In this document: piece by piece, positions 1 to 8,575 of the stretch
How positions within the stretch are numbered: position 1 is the first letter of the stretch
How the letters are laid out: every line of letters begins with the position of its first letter
Assembly: GCA_046296715.1 (NCBI GenBank)
Contig: JBKBIN010000031.1
Location: forward strand, 1-16,391
Direction of reading: 5' to 3'
DNA length: 16,391 nt
Source of the DNA: Candidatus Ratteibacteria bacterium
GTDB lineage: Bacteria; Ratteibacteria; UBA8468; B48-G9; JAFGKM01
Made by a program: the position numbers and the translations under genes
The notes under the pieces: generated by a model
Seen by the model: only the letters and a program-made list of their open reading frames with translations
Database searches by the model: none
What the model was told of the DNA's origin: nothing

Positions 1-78
1 TTGTCTCTTTATTTTATCTATATCTTCTAATTTTTCAAAAATTTGGGAGGTGTTACCTATATATCTCAAATTCTCCAA
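1..78 (-). CDS. Possible 5' end of a gene running off the left edge (TTG start; LENLRYIGNTSQIFEKLEDIDKIKRQ...)
   Basis: Open frame from TTG at 78 to the window edge, with K/E/I/D-rich composition like the real genes here; same strand as rtcB. No clear SD, and only 26 codons are visible. Confidence 0.3.
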   Translation of the reverse strand, partial: MENLRYIGNTSQIFEKLEDIDKIKRQ

Positions 79-139
79 TGAATTTTTGACAAAACAGGTC
101 TATTAAATTTTGAAAAATAGTGGCTTTTAAATCCATTGT

Positions 140-180
140 CCTACCTTCATTTTCCGCCGTCACCTCGTAGGTGAAGGAGG
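140..180 (-). promoter_or_regulatory. GC-rich structured element immediately 3' of the rtcB stop codon
   Basis: 23/41 nt are G+C. Outer arms 140-149 (cct-a-ccttca) and 172-180 (tgaagg-agg); alternative perfect hairpin 160-174 (tcacct-cgt-aggtga). No U-tract follows on the rtcB strand. Confidence 0.45.
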
Positions 181-1626
181 TTAGCCTTTGATTACTGCAA
201 GAGGAATCATCTTGGCAACTTTTTTTGAAATTCCTGCGCCTTCAACAACCTTTATAACTTCATCAACATCTTTATAAGCATCAGGCATTTCTTCAGCAAG
301 TCCTTTTTCACTAACTGCTTTTGGTATTATTCCTTTTTCAAGTAATTCTTTTGAAATACTTCTTCCTTTTGCCTCTTTTATTGCCTGATTTCTTGACATC
401 ATTCTTCCTGCTCCATGACAGGTTGAACCAAAAGTTTCTTCCATTGCCTTTTCTGTTCCTACAAGGACATAAGAAGCAGTTCCCATAGTTCCAGGAATTA
501 TAACAGGTTGACCAACATCTCTATATTTTTCAGGTATTTCAATATGTCCTTTTGGAAATGCTCTTGTAGCACCTTTCCTATGAACATACAATTTTTTCAT
601 ATTTCCATTAACTGTATGTGTTTCAAATTTACAAATATTATGAGCAACATCATAAACTGTTTCTATACCAAGTTTTTCAGAAGAAACTTTTAATATTTTT
701 TCAAATGTTTCTCTTATCCAATAATATATAACCTGCCTATTGGCAAAGGCATAATTTGCTGCACATTTCATTGCTTTAAAATATTTTTGCCCTTCAGAAG
801 AACTTGCAGGTGCACAAGCAAGTTGTCTATCTGGAAGTTTTATCCCATATTTATGAACAACTTTACCAAACATATCAAGAAAATCATCACATATCTGATA
901 ACCAAAACCACGAGAACCTGTGTGAACCATTATTGTAATCTGGCCAGGGAAAATTCCAAACTTATCTGCAATTTTTTCATCATAAACATGTATTACTTCC
1001 TGAACTTCAAGAAAATGATTACCTGAACCAAGAGTTCCTGACTGTTCAAGTCCTCTCTCGTATGCTCTATTACTTACTACATTAGGGTCAGCTCCTTCTA
1101 AACACCCATATTCTTCAATATTTTCTAAGTCATCTTTTTTCCCATATCCATTTTCAACTGCCCATTTTGCACCTTTTACACATAATTCTTCAAGTTGTTC
1201 TCTTTTTAATCTTAATTTTCCAGTAGAACCAACTCCAGAAGGTATATTATAAAAAAGTGCATCAATTAGATCTTTAAGTTTATTTTCAATATCCTTTCTT
1301 GTTAAATTTGTTCTTATTAATCTAACTCCACAGTTTATGTCATAACCAACAAACCCAGGGACAATCACACCTGATTCTTCATTAAAAGCACCAACTCCAC
1401 CTATTGGAGCACCATATCCCCAGTGAACATCTGGCATCGCTAAACTATATTTAACTATTCCTGGTAATTTTGCTACATTTGCTACCTGTTCAATCGCTTT
1501 ATCTTCTATAGCTTTTTTAAGTAATTTTTCCGAGATAAAAATAAGTCCTGGTACACGCATATCTTCAACTTTTGGTATAATCCATTTATATTCATTAATT
1601 TTTTCAACTTTTAATTCTTGTGCCAT
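181..1626 (-). CDS. rtcB: RNA-splicing/repair ligase RtcB (3'-phosphate/5'-OH RNA ligase)
   Basis: 481 aa with RtcB motifs MPDVHWGYG, GYDINCGVR, GSGNHFLE, HTGSRG, HNI, HRKGATRA, HGAGR and C-terminal AVIKG; SD AAGGAG upstream; no intein-sized insertion. Confidence 0.97.
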   Translation of the reverse strand: MAQELKVEKINEYKWIIPKVEDMRVPGLIFISEKLLKKAIEDKAIEQVANVAKLPGIVKYSLAMPDVHWGYGAPIGGVGAFNEESGVIVPGFVGYDINCGVRLIRTNLTRKDIENKLKDLIDALFYNIPSGVGSTGKLRLKREQLEELCVKGAKWAVENGYGKKDDLENIEEYGCLEGADPNVVSNRAYERGLEQSGTLGSGNHFLEVQEVIHVYDEKIADKFGIFPGQITIMVHTGSRGFGYQICDDFLDMFGKVVHKYGIKLPDRQLACAPASSSEGQKYFKAMKCAANYAFANRQVIYYWIRETFEKILKVSSEKLGIETVYDVAHNICKFETHTVNGNMKKLYVHRKGATRAFPKGHIEIPEKYRDVGQPVIIPGTMGTASYVLVGTEKAMEETFGSTCHGAGRMMSRNQAIKEAKGRSISKELLEKGIIPKAVSEKGLAEEMPDAYKDVDEVIKVVEGAGISKKVAKMIPLAVIKG

Positions 1627-1645
1627 TTTTTTACTCCTTTATAAT

Positions 1646-1674
1646 ATTATACCTTACTTTGATACATATTTAAA
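1646..1674 (-). promoter_or_regulatory. Putative sigma70 promoter for rtcB
   Basis: Minus strand TTTAAA (1674-1669), 17-nt spacer, TATAAT (1651-1646), then AAGGAG SD. The AT-rich background weakens this. Confidence 0.5.
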
Positions 1675-1693
1675 TTTGGAAATTTTGGCATAT

Positions 1694-1722
1694 TTGCAAC
1701 AACAAAAAATTTTAATTATAAT
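1694..1722 (+). promoter_or_regulatory. Putative sigma70 promoter for the Cys-rich small protein
   Basis: TTGCAA (1694-1699), 17-nt spacer, TATAAT (1717-1722); SD AGGAG at 1731-1735; ATG at 1744. Confidence 0.65.
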
Positions 1723-1743
1723 ATTAAAAAAGGAGAAAAATTT

Positions 1744-2013
1744 ATGTCCAAAAATAATAATAAAAATCCTTTAATCTGTCCAAATTGTGGTTCTTTTTAT
1801 TTCAAATGTTTTTCGTGTGGTTATGTCTTTTGTAAATGTGAAAGTGTAGAAGAAAGTTGTCCAGAATGTGAGTCATTAGATATTGGACTTGCAGATATTG
1901 ATGATATATCAGAAAGTAAAAATTTTTATGAGGAAGAAGATATTTTTAACATTGATTTTGAAGATATAGACGATGATGAAAATGATTTAGACGATGGAGA
2001 AGATATTTTCTAA
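1744..2013 (+). CDS. Small hypothetical protein: Cys8 zinc-ribbon-like N-terminus plus highly acidic tail
   Basis: C12xxC15, C22xxC25, C30xC32, C39xxC42; 22 of the last 47 residues are D/E; good SD and promoter; fills the gap between rtcB and the next gene. Confidence 0.8.
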   Translation: MSKNNNKNPLICPNCGSFYFKCFSCGYVFCKCESVEESCPECESLDIGLADIDDISESKNFYEEEDIFNIDFEDIDDDENDLDDGEDIF

Positions 2014-2017
2014 TCAA

Positions 2018-2584
2018 TTACTGACGCAGTATATTTTCTAAATATTTATAACCTTCTTTTATAGCAAATTTACTAAGTTTTATTGCTTCTTTATTGTTAA
2101 TCACTTTTTCTAATTCACTTATTAGGACAGAATATTTAAAATCAAAAAAAAATTCACTTATTAATTTGGAAATAGCACCTGCAATAACCATATTTGTTAT
2201 CCTTATGTCTCCTATTTTCTCTGCTATTTCAGTTGCTGGTATTTCAAAAACCTTTTCATTTTTTTTGTGATTTTTTATCAGTGAAGAATTTAACAAAATA
2301 AGGGAATCTTTTTTTAAATATTTTTTTAACATTTTATATGACATATCATTCAGAAAAACCCCTATGTCACAACTTTTACTTATTGGCGAAAAAATTTCAG
2401 TTTTTTTTGATATTGTAACAAAACAATATATATATCCTCCCCTCATTTCTGCACCATATGTTGGAAGACAGGTTACTTCACATTTGTTTTCTATACTTGC
2501 GTAAGAAAGATATTTACCAAGAGTTAAAATTCCTTGACCTCCTGAACCACCTAAAATAATTCTGACTTTATTCGTAGTTTCCAT
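2018..2584 (-). CDS. 2-oxoacid:ferredoxin oxidoreductase gamma subunit family protein (KorC/PorC-like)
   Basis: GSGGQGILTLG, PTYGAEMRGG, LNSSL, IPATEIAEKIG..NMVIAGA motifs. Start placed at ATG 2584 (METTNK), overlapping the end of the upstream gene. Confidence 0.88.
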   Translation of the reverse strand: METTNKVRIILGGSGGQGILTLGKYLSYASIENKCEVTCLPTYGAEMRGGYIYCFVTISKKTEIFSPISKSCDIGVFLNDMSYKMLKKYLKKDSLILLNSSLIKNHKKNEKVFEIPATEIAEKIGDIRITNMVIAGAISKLISEFFFDFKYSVLISELEKVINNKEAIKLSKFAIKEGYKYLENILRQ

Positions 2585-3521
2585 ATTTTTTCCAAATTTC
2601 AAGCATTAATAAATACCTTTCAAGAGGCATTCCTGTATATATACAATTTGAGGTTGAAAAAATATAACCATAATTAGGCATCCCATTTTTTAAAGCATAT
2701 AAACAGGAATCAATAACTTCTTCATCTGTTCCTGTTTGAAGTAAACCACAGTTTACATTTCCAATTAAACAAACTTTATCTCCATAGATTTTTTTTACAA
2801 CTTTTATGTCTACTCCTGCTTGTGGATCAAGAGAATGTAAAGCATGTGGATTTGATTGAACTAACTGGTCAATTATAGGCATTATATTTCCATCAGTATG
2901 TTTAATTGTGTAAAAACCCATATCCCTATATCCTTTTATTAACTTTGATAGATAAGGTGTTACAAATTCGCCAAACATAGAAGGACTTAAAAAAGGTCCT
3001 GAGTTAAAACAGTAATCAGAACATAGAGCAAACCCATCAAGATATGTTTTTCTTTTCAAAATTTCTGCTTTTTCAAGTGCTTTATTTACCATATCTTCTG
3101 CTTCTTTTTTTAATTTTTCTGGTTCATCAGCAAGTCGTTGAACAAACTCCATCATTTTATCTCCAGAAGGAATTCCAAAAGTTGCATCGCCATGTATCAT
3201 TAAAAAGTATTTATCACCTACGATTTCTCTCACAAGGTCTATTAATCTTATTGTTTCTTCAAGATCTGGTGGATTTGGATGTAAAAATATTGCATCATGG
3301 TTGAATGTTTCTGCTGTTTTAATGTAAATCTCTACCATATCTTTTCTGTGGAGTTGTCTTTCTTTTTCTGTCATTTGATGCCATTGTGAGTAATTTCTAT
3401 GTAAAGGATGAACTTTGCCAAATGCTTCCATTGTTAAAAAAAATACAAGTTCAAAATGTGGAACTCTTCCTTTCAAAGGTCTTCTTTCAAGTGCTGCAAT
3501 AATTCTTTCTTTAGGTTTCAT
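2568..3521 (-). CDS. Uroporphyrinogen decarboxylase (URO-D/MtaA-like) family TIM-barrel protein, function unknown
   Basis: N-terminal MKPKERIIAAL; SDYCFNSGPFLSP, KHTDGNI, CLIGNV and YIFSTSNCI are typical of URO-D-like proteins. Lacks the HemE WxMRQAGR signature. Confidence 0.82.
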   Translation of the reverse strand: MKPKERIIAALERRPLKGRVPHFELVFFLTMEAFGKVHPLHRNYSQWHQMTEKERQLHRKDMVEIYIKTAETFNHDAIFLHPNPPDLEETIRLIDLVREIVGDKYFLMIHGDATFGIPSGDKMMEFVQRLADEPEKLKKEAEDMVNKALEKAEILKRKTYLDGFALCSDYCFNSGPFLSPSMFGEFVTPYLSKLIKGYRDMGFYTIKHTDGNIMPIIDQLVQSNPHALHSLDPQAGVDIKVVKKIYGDKVCLIGNVNCGLLQTGTDEEVIDSCLYALKNGMPNYGYIFSTSNCIYTGMPLERYLLMLEIWKKYGNYE

Positions 3522-3527
3522 TTTGTA

Positions 3528-5414
3528 TTATCCTAAGGTAAAACCAATAGGTGTATTTGTTACCCAACTTACAAAAATCCATAATCCAGCAGTTACAAAA
3601 CTACCACAAATCATACCAAGAAAGAAAGTTTTACTTCCGGAATATACTTTATTTCCACCATATTTAAGTATTACTGTCTTTATAACCCAAGCAATAAAAA
3701 CCGAAAACCATGTATGAAAAACTGGATGAGGTATTCCAATTGCAAGTCCAATTGGTGATAATGGCCAACCAGGGATTCTACTTCTTGCAAAAAGTATTAA
3801 AAACATCAAAAATGCTCCTATAGATGAAAAAAGAAATTGTTTTTTTCCAAATGTAATAGGTTCTTTAATAATGTTTATAATATAACTTGCCATAAAATTT
3901 GTAGCACCTCCAAATTGCCATGAAGTTAAATTAATGCCACCAAATCTATAAGCAATTAAAAGAGTAATAAAAGATGAACTAATTAAGGTAAGAATAATTG
4001 ATATTAAAATGCAAAGGAATAATTTTTTCAGATTTAACTTAAAATTATTTGCCAGTTTTATACCATTTGCAGTAGAAACCATTACAAGTGTTCTAATATC
4101 AGCTGCCCATGGAAATGTTAGACCGAGAGAAACGAGTCCCTGATTTCCTATATATTGAGAGCCAAAAGTATAAATTGTAGCAGCTGAAGGGATTAAAGGT
4201 GCTCTATAATATGCAAGTCCTACCTGTGCTATTATTCTTGTAATTCCAAGAAAAATTAGAATTGTAATAATAGTAAAATATATTGATGGTAAAAGCTTAA
4301 GCCCTGTTCTATTTATCCACAAAACAACATATAAAAAGCATATTATAAAACCCCAAAAAGTAATTTTATAAGAAAACTCTTCATTCTCTCTATTTCTTTT
4401 CTTAAAACTATTTAAAAATATTTCTTTCAAATGTTTTCTGGCTAACCATAAACAACTTAAAGATAGTATTATTAAAGCACCAAATGATTGAAAAGCAACT
4501 TCTTGACAAGCAGGATCTGAATATGGTAATATCTGACCCATTGAGTATCCAGTCATTTTAAAAAATCCTGTTTCAATAATAAATAAAAATGCGAATAACC
4601 AAACACTTAAAAGAACATCCTTAGGCATAAAGAAAGCAAGTCCAATAACTTCAAATCTTACTGATAATACTAAAGCAGTTGTAAATCTGAAAATAGGTAT
4701 CCACTTATATAATAATGGCGGACGAAAAACAGGAAAGAGTTTAGACAATCCGTTTAAAGAATAAAAAAGGAAAGGAATTAAAAAACCTAACCAGAAAACT
4801 TTCAATTTATAAACAGGCATTTCTTCTTTTACCATTTCATTCGGAAGTTCAGTTAAAGGATATATTAATCTCTCTTTTTCAATCCATTGTTTGCTAAGCA
4901 TAATAACTAAAAAAATTGAAAGTAAATAGAATGCAATTATAAAAGAAAACCAGTTAGTAAGTGGTATTATCCATTCACTCAATGGGATTTTCATGTTTTT
5001 TGGTAGACCTTCATATAAATACCATATAGCGTTATAATCTTTTGGGAATAAATGTTTTGGTAAATAAGGATGTATCAATTGGTCCCATTGATTTACTGGA
5101 GTTGCATAATAAAAAATTCCACCAAGAAGACCAATTAAATTCATAGTAAATCCCCAGGAAGGTATAGCACAAGCAACAATCATCATAATATATACAGTTA
5201 TCAACTCTTGCGGTGTTAAGTATAATTTTTTAAAAATTTTTTTATTGAACTGATTTAAAAGAAAGACCAGTATAAAGAAGAAAAAGACAGCCCAACCAGT
5301 TGAATAATCAGCAGCCATTGGAGAACCGTGAATAAGAAGAACATCAACTGGTTCAAGAACTCCAATCAATATAGATAAGATACTACCGAATATAATTGAC
5401 TTTAAAGTAATCAT
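3528..5414 (-). CDS. Large polytopic membrane protein, DUF6785/DUF6784-like putative transporter
   Basis: 628 aa with many hydrophobic segments; family-like motifs ELITVYIMM, KQWIEKERLIYPL, WPLSPIG, WFSVFIAWVIK..ILKYGG...Y....FFLGMICG. Family recognised from memory, not by search. Confidence 0.75.
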   Translation of the reverse strand: MITLKSIIFGSILSILIGVLEPVDVLLIHGSPMAADYSTGWAVFFFFILVFLLNQFNKKIFKKLYLTPQELITVYIMMIVACAIPSWGFTMNLIGLLGGIFYYATPVNQWDQLIHPYLPKHLFPKDYNAIWYLYEGLPKNMKIPLSEWIIPLTNWFSFIIAFYLLSIFLVIMLSKQWIEKERLIYPLTELPNEMVKEEMPVYKLKVFWLGFLIPFLFYSLNGLSKLFPVFRPPLLYKWIPIFRFTTALVLSVRFEVIGLAFFMPKDVLLSVWLFAFLFIIETGFFKMTGYSMGQILPYSDPACQEVAFQSFGALIILSLSCLWLARKHLKEIFLNSFKKRNRENEEFSYKITFWGFIICFLYVVLWINRTGLKLLPSIYFTIITILIFLGITRIIAQVGLAYYRAPLIPSAATIYTFGSQYIGNQGLVSLGLTFPWAADIRTLVMVSTANGIKLANNFKLNLKKLFLCILISIILTLISSSFITLLIAYRFGGINLTSWQFGGATNFMASYIINIIKEPITFGKKQFLFSSIGAFLMFLILFARSRIPGWPLSPIGLAIGIPHPVFHTWFSVFIAWVIKTVILKYGGNKVYSGSKTFFLGMICGSFVTAGLWIFVSWVTNTPIGFTLG

Positions 5415-5421
5415 AAATATT

Positions 5422-5449
5422 ATTTTATTTATGATTCCTTTTTTGTCAA
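5422..5449 (-). promoter_or_regulatory. Putative sigma70 promoter giving a leaderless transcript for the DUF6785-like gene
   Basis: Minus strand TTGACA (5449-5444), 16-nt spacer, TAAAAT (5427-5422), 7 nt, ATG (5414); no SD at a usable distance. Confidence 0.6.
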
Positions 5450-5471
5450 TTAAGTTTTTAAAGGAAGGAAT

Positions 5472-7013
5472 TTATTTTTTATTTCTTATCTTTGAAAAAT
5501 TTTTAGAAATGAGATACTGCTCAATTAAACCTGCAATATTCATTGTAATCCAGTAAAGTAGAAGTCCTGATGGAAAATTGTATAAGATAAATAAGAACAT
5601 TAATGGCATTATCACAATAAACGCTTTTTGGTTTGGATCTGTTTGTGGAGTTAATTTTTGTTGAAAATAAGAAGTTATAGTCATCAAAATAGGCAAAATG
5701 TTTACAGGGAAATTATTTATTTTAAAAACCGTATCTGGCATTGAAAGATCTTTTATCCAGAATATAAAGCCAGCCCCCCTTAAATATACAGAATTCCTTA
5801 AAGCGAGAAAAAATCCAATAAATATAGGAATTTGAATAATTGTAGGAAGACAGCCTGCAAATGGATTTATATTGTATTCTTTATATATATTCATAAGTTC
5901 TTTTTGTAATTGGTAAGGATTGTCTTTATATTTTTTCTGAATATCTTGTAAATATGGTCTTAATTTTTGAAGTTGTTTCATTGAATATAAACTTTTTCTT
6001 GTTAATGGGAAAAAAACAATTTTAATAATGAATGTTAGAATAATTATTGCCCATCCCCAGTTTGGAATAACTTTATGAATACCATTTAAAATGGAAAATA
6101 GAAATCTTCCTATAATTGCAAAAAAACCATGACCAAAAATATTTTCTTTTATATAATTTCTTGCAACAAAATAGTCAGATGGTCCTGCATAAAACTTAAA
6201 TTTAAAATTTTTCTCTTTATTTTTTTCAATAATAAAATCCTCATTTATAAGATTAACACTTAAAAATTTGCCGTCGTTTTCCAAAGTTATTGTTGATTTT
6301 TCCGAAAGATAAACAAAAATAAGGGAATATCTTGAAAAAAATCCAATCCAGTTAGAATTTTTATAAACCTTTTTTTCTTTAACTTTGTAAGGTTCAATAA
6401 AAACAGGAAGTTTATTCATCCCAATAACTATTCTTGGTGGGATATAACCTCTATTTGTCCTTATATCTACTAAATTAACTTTAATGATTTCATTTTTATA
6501 GTTTTCCAATGTAATATCTTTATTTGATTTATTTTTGAAATTTTCTTCATAATAAAAAATATAATCATTTTCAGGAACTAAAATCTTTTTTTGATAAAAA
6601 ATTTGAAGAGTATCTTTTTCTAAGACAAGTTCATTATTTGAGATTTTTATTAGATAATCATTTTCAGAAATAATTAAAGGGTTGTAAAATAGCAAAATTC
6701 CCTCATTTAAATTAAATGATTTTTCATTCTTTCTTAAAAATTTTTTTAGACCAATTTCTTTTATATGCCCAAACTTTTTATCAAATTTTAAATAATAAGA
6801 TTTGTTTTCAAATTCATAATTTCCACCTTCAAGTATTTTTGAAACCTGTGGTCTAATTTCTTGAGTTAATTGTTGATTTTGTTGGACTTGTTGAGTTTTT
6901 GTCTTTTGTACAGGATGATATCTTGATTGTTGACTTTTATTGAAAATAAATATTATTATAATTGAAAGCGTAAAAGCAATTAGCAATCTAATTTCTTCTC
7001 TTATCTTATCCAT
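5472..7013 (-). CDS. yidC: Membrane protein insertase YidC
   Basis: N-terminal TM, periplasmic domain ending [41 protein letters not shown]; canonical position after rpmH-rnpA-yidD. Confidence 0.96.
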   Translation of the reverse strand: MDKIREEIRLLIAFTLSIIIIFIFNKSQQSRYHPVQKTKTQQVQQNQQLTQEIRPQVSKILEGGNYEFENKSYYLKFDKKFGHIKEIGLKKFLRKNEKSFNLNEGILLFYNPLIISENDYLIKISNNELVLEKDTLQIFYQKKILVPENDYIFYYEENFKNKSNKDITLENYKNEIIKVNLVDIRTNRGYIPPRIVIGMNKLPVFIEPYKVKEKKVYKNSNWIGFFSRYSLIFVYLSEKSTITLENDGKFLSVNLINEDFIIEKNKEKNFKFKFYAGPSDYFVARNYIKENIFGHGFFAIIGRFLFSILNGIHKVIPNWGWAIIILTFIIKIVFFPLTRKSLYSMKQLQKLRPYLQDIQKKYKDNPYQLQKELMNIYKEYNINPFAGCLPTIIQIPIFIGFFLALRNSVYLRGAGFIFWIKDLSMPDTVFKINNFPVNILPILMTITSYFQQKLTPQTDPNQKAFIVIMPLMFLFILYNFPSGLLLYWITMNIAGLIEQYLISKNFSKIRNKK

Positions 7014-7216
7014 TTTTCTATTGGGTCATAACCACCCTTATTAAAAGGATGGCATCTTAAAATCCTTCTTATACCAATAAAAATTCCTTTAAAACCTTTT
7101 TTTTCTATTGCTTGTATCATAAAATCAGAACAACTCGGATAGAATCTGCAAATATTCCCTAAAAAAGGAGAAATTAAAATCTTATAAAACCTAATTAATT
7201 TTATAACTAATTTCAT
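7001..7216 (-). CDS. yidD: Membrane protein insertion efficiency factor YidD
   Basis: ISP...CRFYPSCS and [13 protein letters not shown] motifs; start placed at ATG 7216 (MKLVIKLIR). Confidence 0.95.
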   Translation of the reverse strand: MKLVIKLIRFYKILISPFLGNICRFYPSCSDFMIQAIEKKGFKGIFIGIRRILRCHPFNKGGYDPIEKWIR

Positions 7217-7490
7217 CTGCAACCTTTTCTATATTGTCCCTAATTTCTTCTTTGGAATTTTCAATTATATTTTTTTTTAAAATTATCAAAAAATCACCAC
7301 TTTCAAATCTTTCTCTAATTTTTTCCCTTATTATTCTCTTTATTCTATTTCTTTGAGTTGGTTTTCCTATCTTTGATGATGTAATAAAGCCTATTTTTAA
7401 ATCATCTCTTTTTTTAAAATATAATATAAAACTATCTGTTTCAAATTTATAACCAGTTTTCAAAATTTCTCTAATTTTCTTTTTTATCAT
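7191..7490 (-). CDS. rnpA: Ribonuclease P protein component
   Basis: [24 protein letters not shown] (RNR motif); ATGA overlap with rpmH; canonical synteny. Confidence 0.92.
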   Translation of the reverse strand: MIKKKIREILKTGYKFETDSFILYFKKRDDLKIGFITSSKIGKPTQRNRIKRIIREKIRERFESGDFLIILKKNIIENSKEEIRDNIEKVADEISYKIN

Positions 7491-7621
7491 CCAGCAAGCC
7501 GTTTTCTTCCTTTTCTCCTTCTGTTATTTATAATTTTTCTTCCACTTTTAGTTGACATCCTTGCTAAAAAACCAATTTTTCTTTTCCTTTTTAATTTATG
7601 AGGTTTAAAAGTTATTGACAT
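7487..7621 (-). CDS. rpmH: 50S ribosomal protein L34 (not in the ORF track)
   Basis: Hand translation [44 protein letters not shown] (44 aa); SD GGAGG at 7632-7628; TGA overlaps the rnpA ATG. Confidence 0.97.
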   Translation of the reverse strand: MSITFKPHKLKRKRKIGFLARMSTKSGRKIINNRRRKGRKRLAG

Positions 7622-7652
7622 AATAAACCTCCTGCTTGACTTATAAGAATAT

Positions 7653-7681
7653 AATATACTACTTTATTTTGAATTTTTCAA
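7653..7681 (-). promoter_or_regulatory. Putative sigma70 promoter for rpmH-rnpA-yidD-yidC, overlapping the 3' end of surE
   Basis: Minus strand TTGAAA (7681-7676), 17-nt spacer, TATATT (7658-7653). Confidence 0.5.
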
Positions 7682-8414
7682 CTTTTGTTTTTAACTTCTT
7701 AAGAAAAGAAAAATCGGTCAAATTTAACTTTATTGGCGTAATTGAAACATAACCATTTTTTATTGCATTAACATCGCTTTCTTTTTCTTCTTTCATAATA
7801 TTAAAATTACCTTTTAACCAAAAGTATAGATTTCCCCTTGGATCGGTTCTCCTCTCATATTCTTCATTGAATCTGCTCTTACTTTGATATGTTACCTTTA
7901 TTCCTTTTATTTCTTTATTAGGCACATTTATATTTAAAATTGTATCTTGGGGAAATTGTATATTTTTAATTAGATCTATTATCTTTAAAACAATTTTTGC
8001 ACAATCAATAAAATTAAATTCTTTATAATCTGCTATTGAAACAGCAATTGAAGGAACTCCTAAAATTGCACCTTCCGCAGCAGCAGAAACAGTTCCAGAA
8101 TATAAAATATCCATACCAAGATTTGGTCCAGGATTTATTCCTGAAATAACCATATCTATCTTTTCCTTAATCAACTCTTTTATTCCTATTTTTACACAAT
8201 CAACAGGAGTTCCACTTACAACATAACAAGAAAAATTGTCAATCTTTACTTCTTTTATTCTTATAGGAGTTAATAAATTAATTGAATGACTTGTAGCACT
8301 TTTTTCAATCTCCGGTACAACAACATATACATTAAACTTTTTTCTCAAATATTTCCACAAAATTTTTAAGCCATCTGAAAAAATACCATCATCATTAGTC
8401 AAAAGTATATTCAT
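7659..8414 (-). CDS. surE: 5'/3'-nucleotidase SurE
   Basis: [48 protein letters not shown] and GYVSITP motifs. Confidence 0.97.
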   Translation of the reverse strand: MNILLTNDDGIFSDGLKILWKYLRKKFNVYVVVPEIEKSATSHSINLLTPIRIKEVKIDNFSCYVVSGTPVDCVKIGIKELIKEKIDMVISGINPGPNLGMDILYSGTVSAAAEGAILGVPSIAVSIADYKEFNFIDCAKIVLKIIDLIKNIQFPQDTILNINVPNKEIKGIKVTYQSKSRFNEEYERRTDPRGNLYFWLKGNFNIMKEEKESDVNAIKNGYVSITPIKLNLTDFSFLKKLKTKVEKFKIK

Positions 8415-8421
8415 TTTTTAT

Positions 8422-8493
8422 TGGAGCAGACCGGATTTGAACCGGCAACCTTCCGCATGCGAAGCGGACGCTCTCCCATTGAGCCACTGCCCC
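8422..8493 (-). tRNA. tRNA-Ala (anticodon CGC), CCA not encoded
   Basis: Folds as GGGGCAG TG GCTC AATGGGA GAGC G TCCGC TT-CGC-AT GCGGA AGGTT GCCGG TTCAAAT CCGGT CTGCTCC A (72 nt); G3:U70 Ala determinant and A73 discriminator present. Confidence 0.97.
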
Positions 8494-8575
8494 TTATAAA
8501 ATTATTATACAATAAATTTAAGCAATAAGGTATAAATAACTTTCTTTGTCTTTTAAAAAATGTTATAAAAGATAT

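Noticed and set aside
508..1026. Plus-strand ORFs of 61 and 79 aa
   Set aside because: Antisense shadows within rtcB; no motifs.
1686..1697. Sigma54-like TGGCA...TTGC near rtcB
   Set aside because: GG-to-GC spacing is 7 nt rather than the required 10, and it faces away from rtcB.
3044..3717. Plus-strand ORFs of 86 and 100 aa
   Set aside because: Antisense to the URO-D-like and DUF6785-like genes; composition typical of shadow frames.
4313..4321. Perfect DnaA box TTATCCACA
   Set aside because: Single copy inside a coding region; no cluster, so no support for oriC.
7636..7655. Plus-strand TTGACT...TATAAT
   Set aside because: The spacer is only 8 nt, and it would point antisense into surE.
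8422..8493. tRNA as an integration site for an island
   Set aside because: No integrase and no duplicated tRNA 3' end seen; housekeeping genes follow directly.
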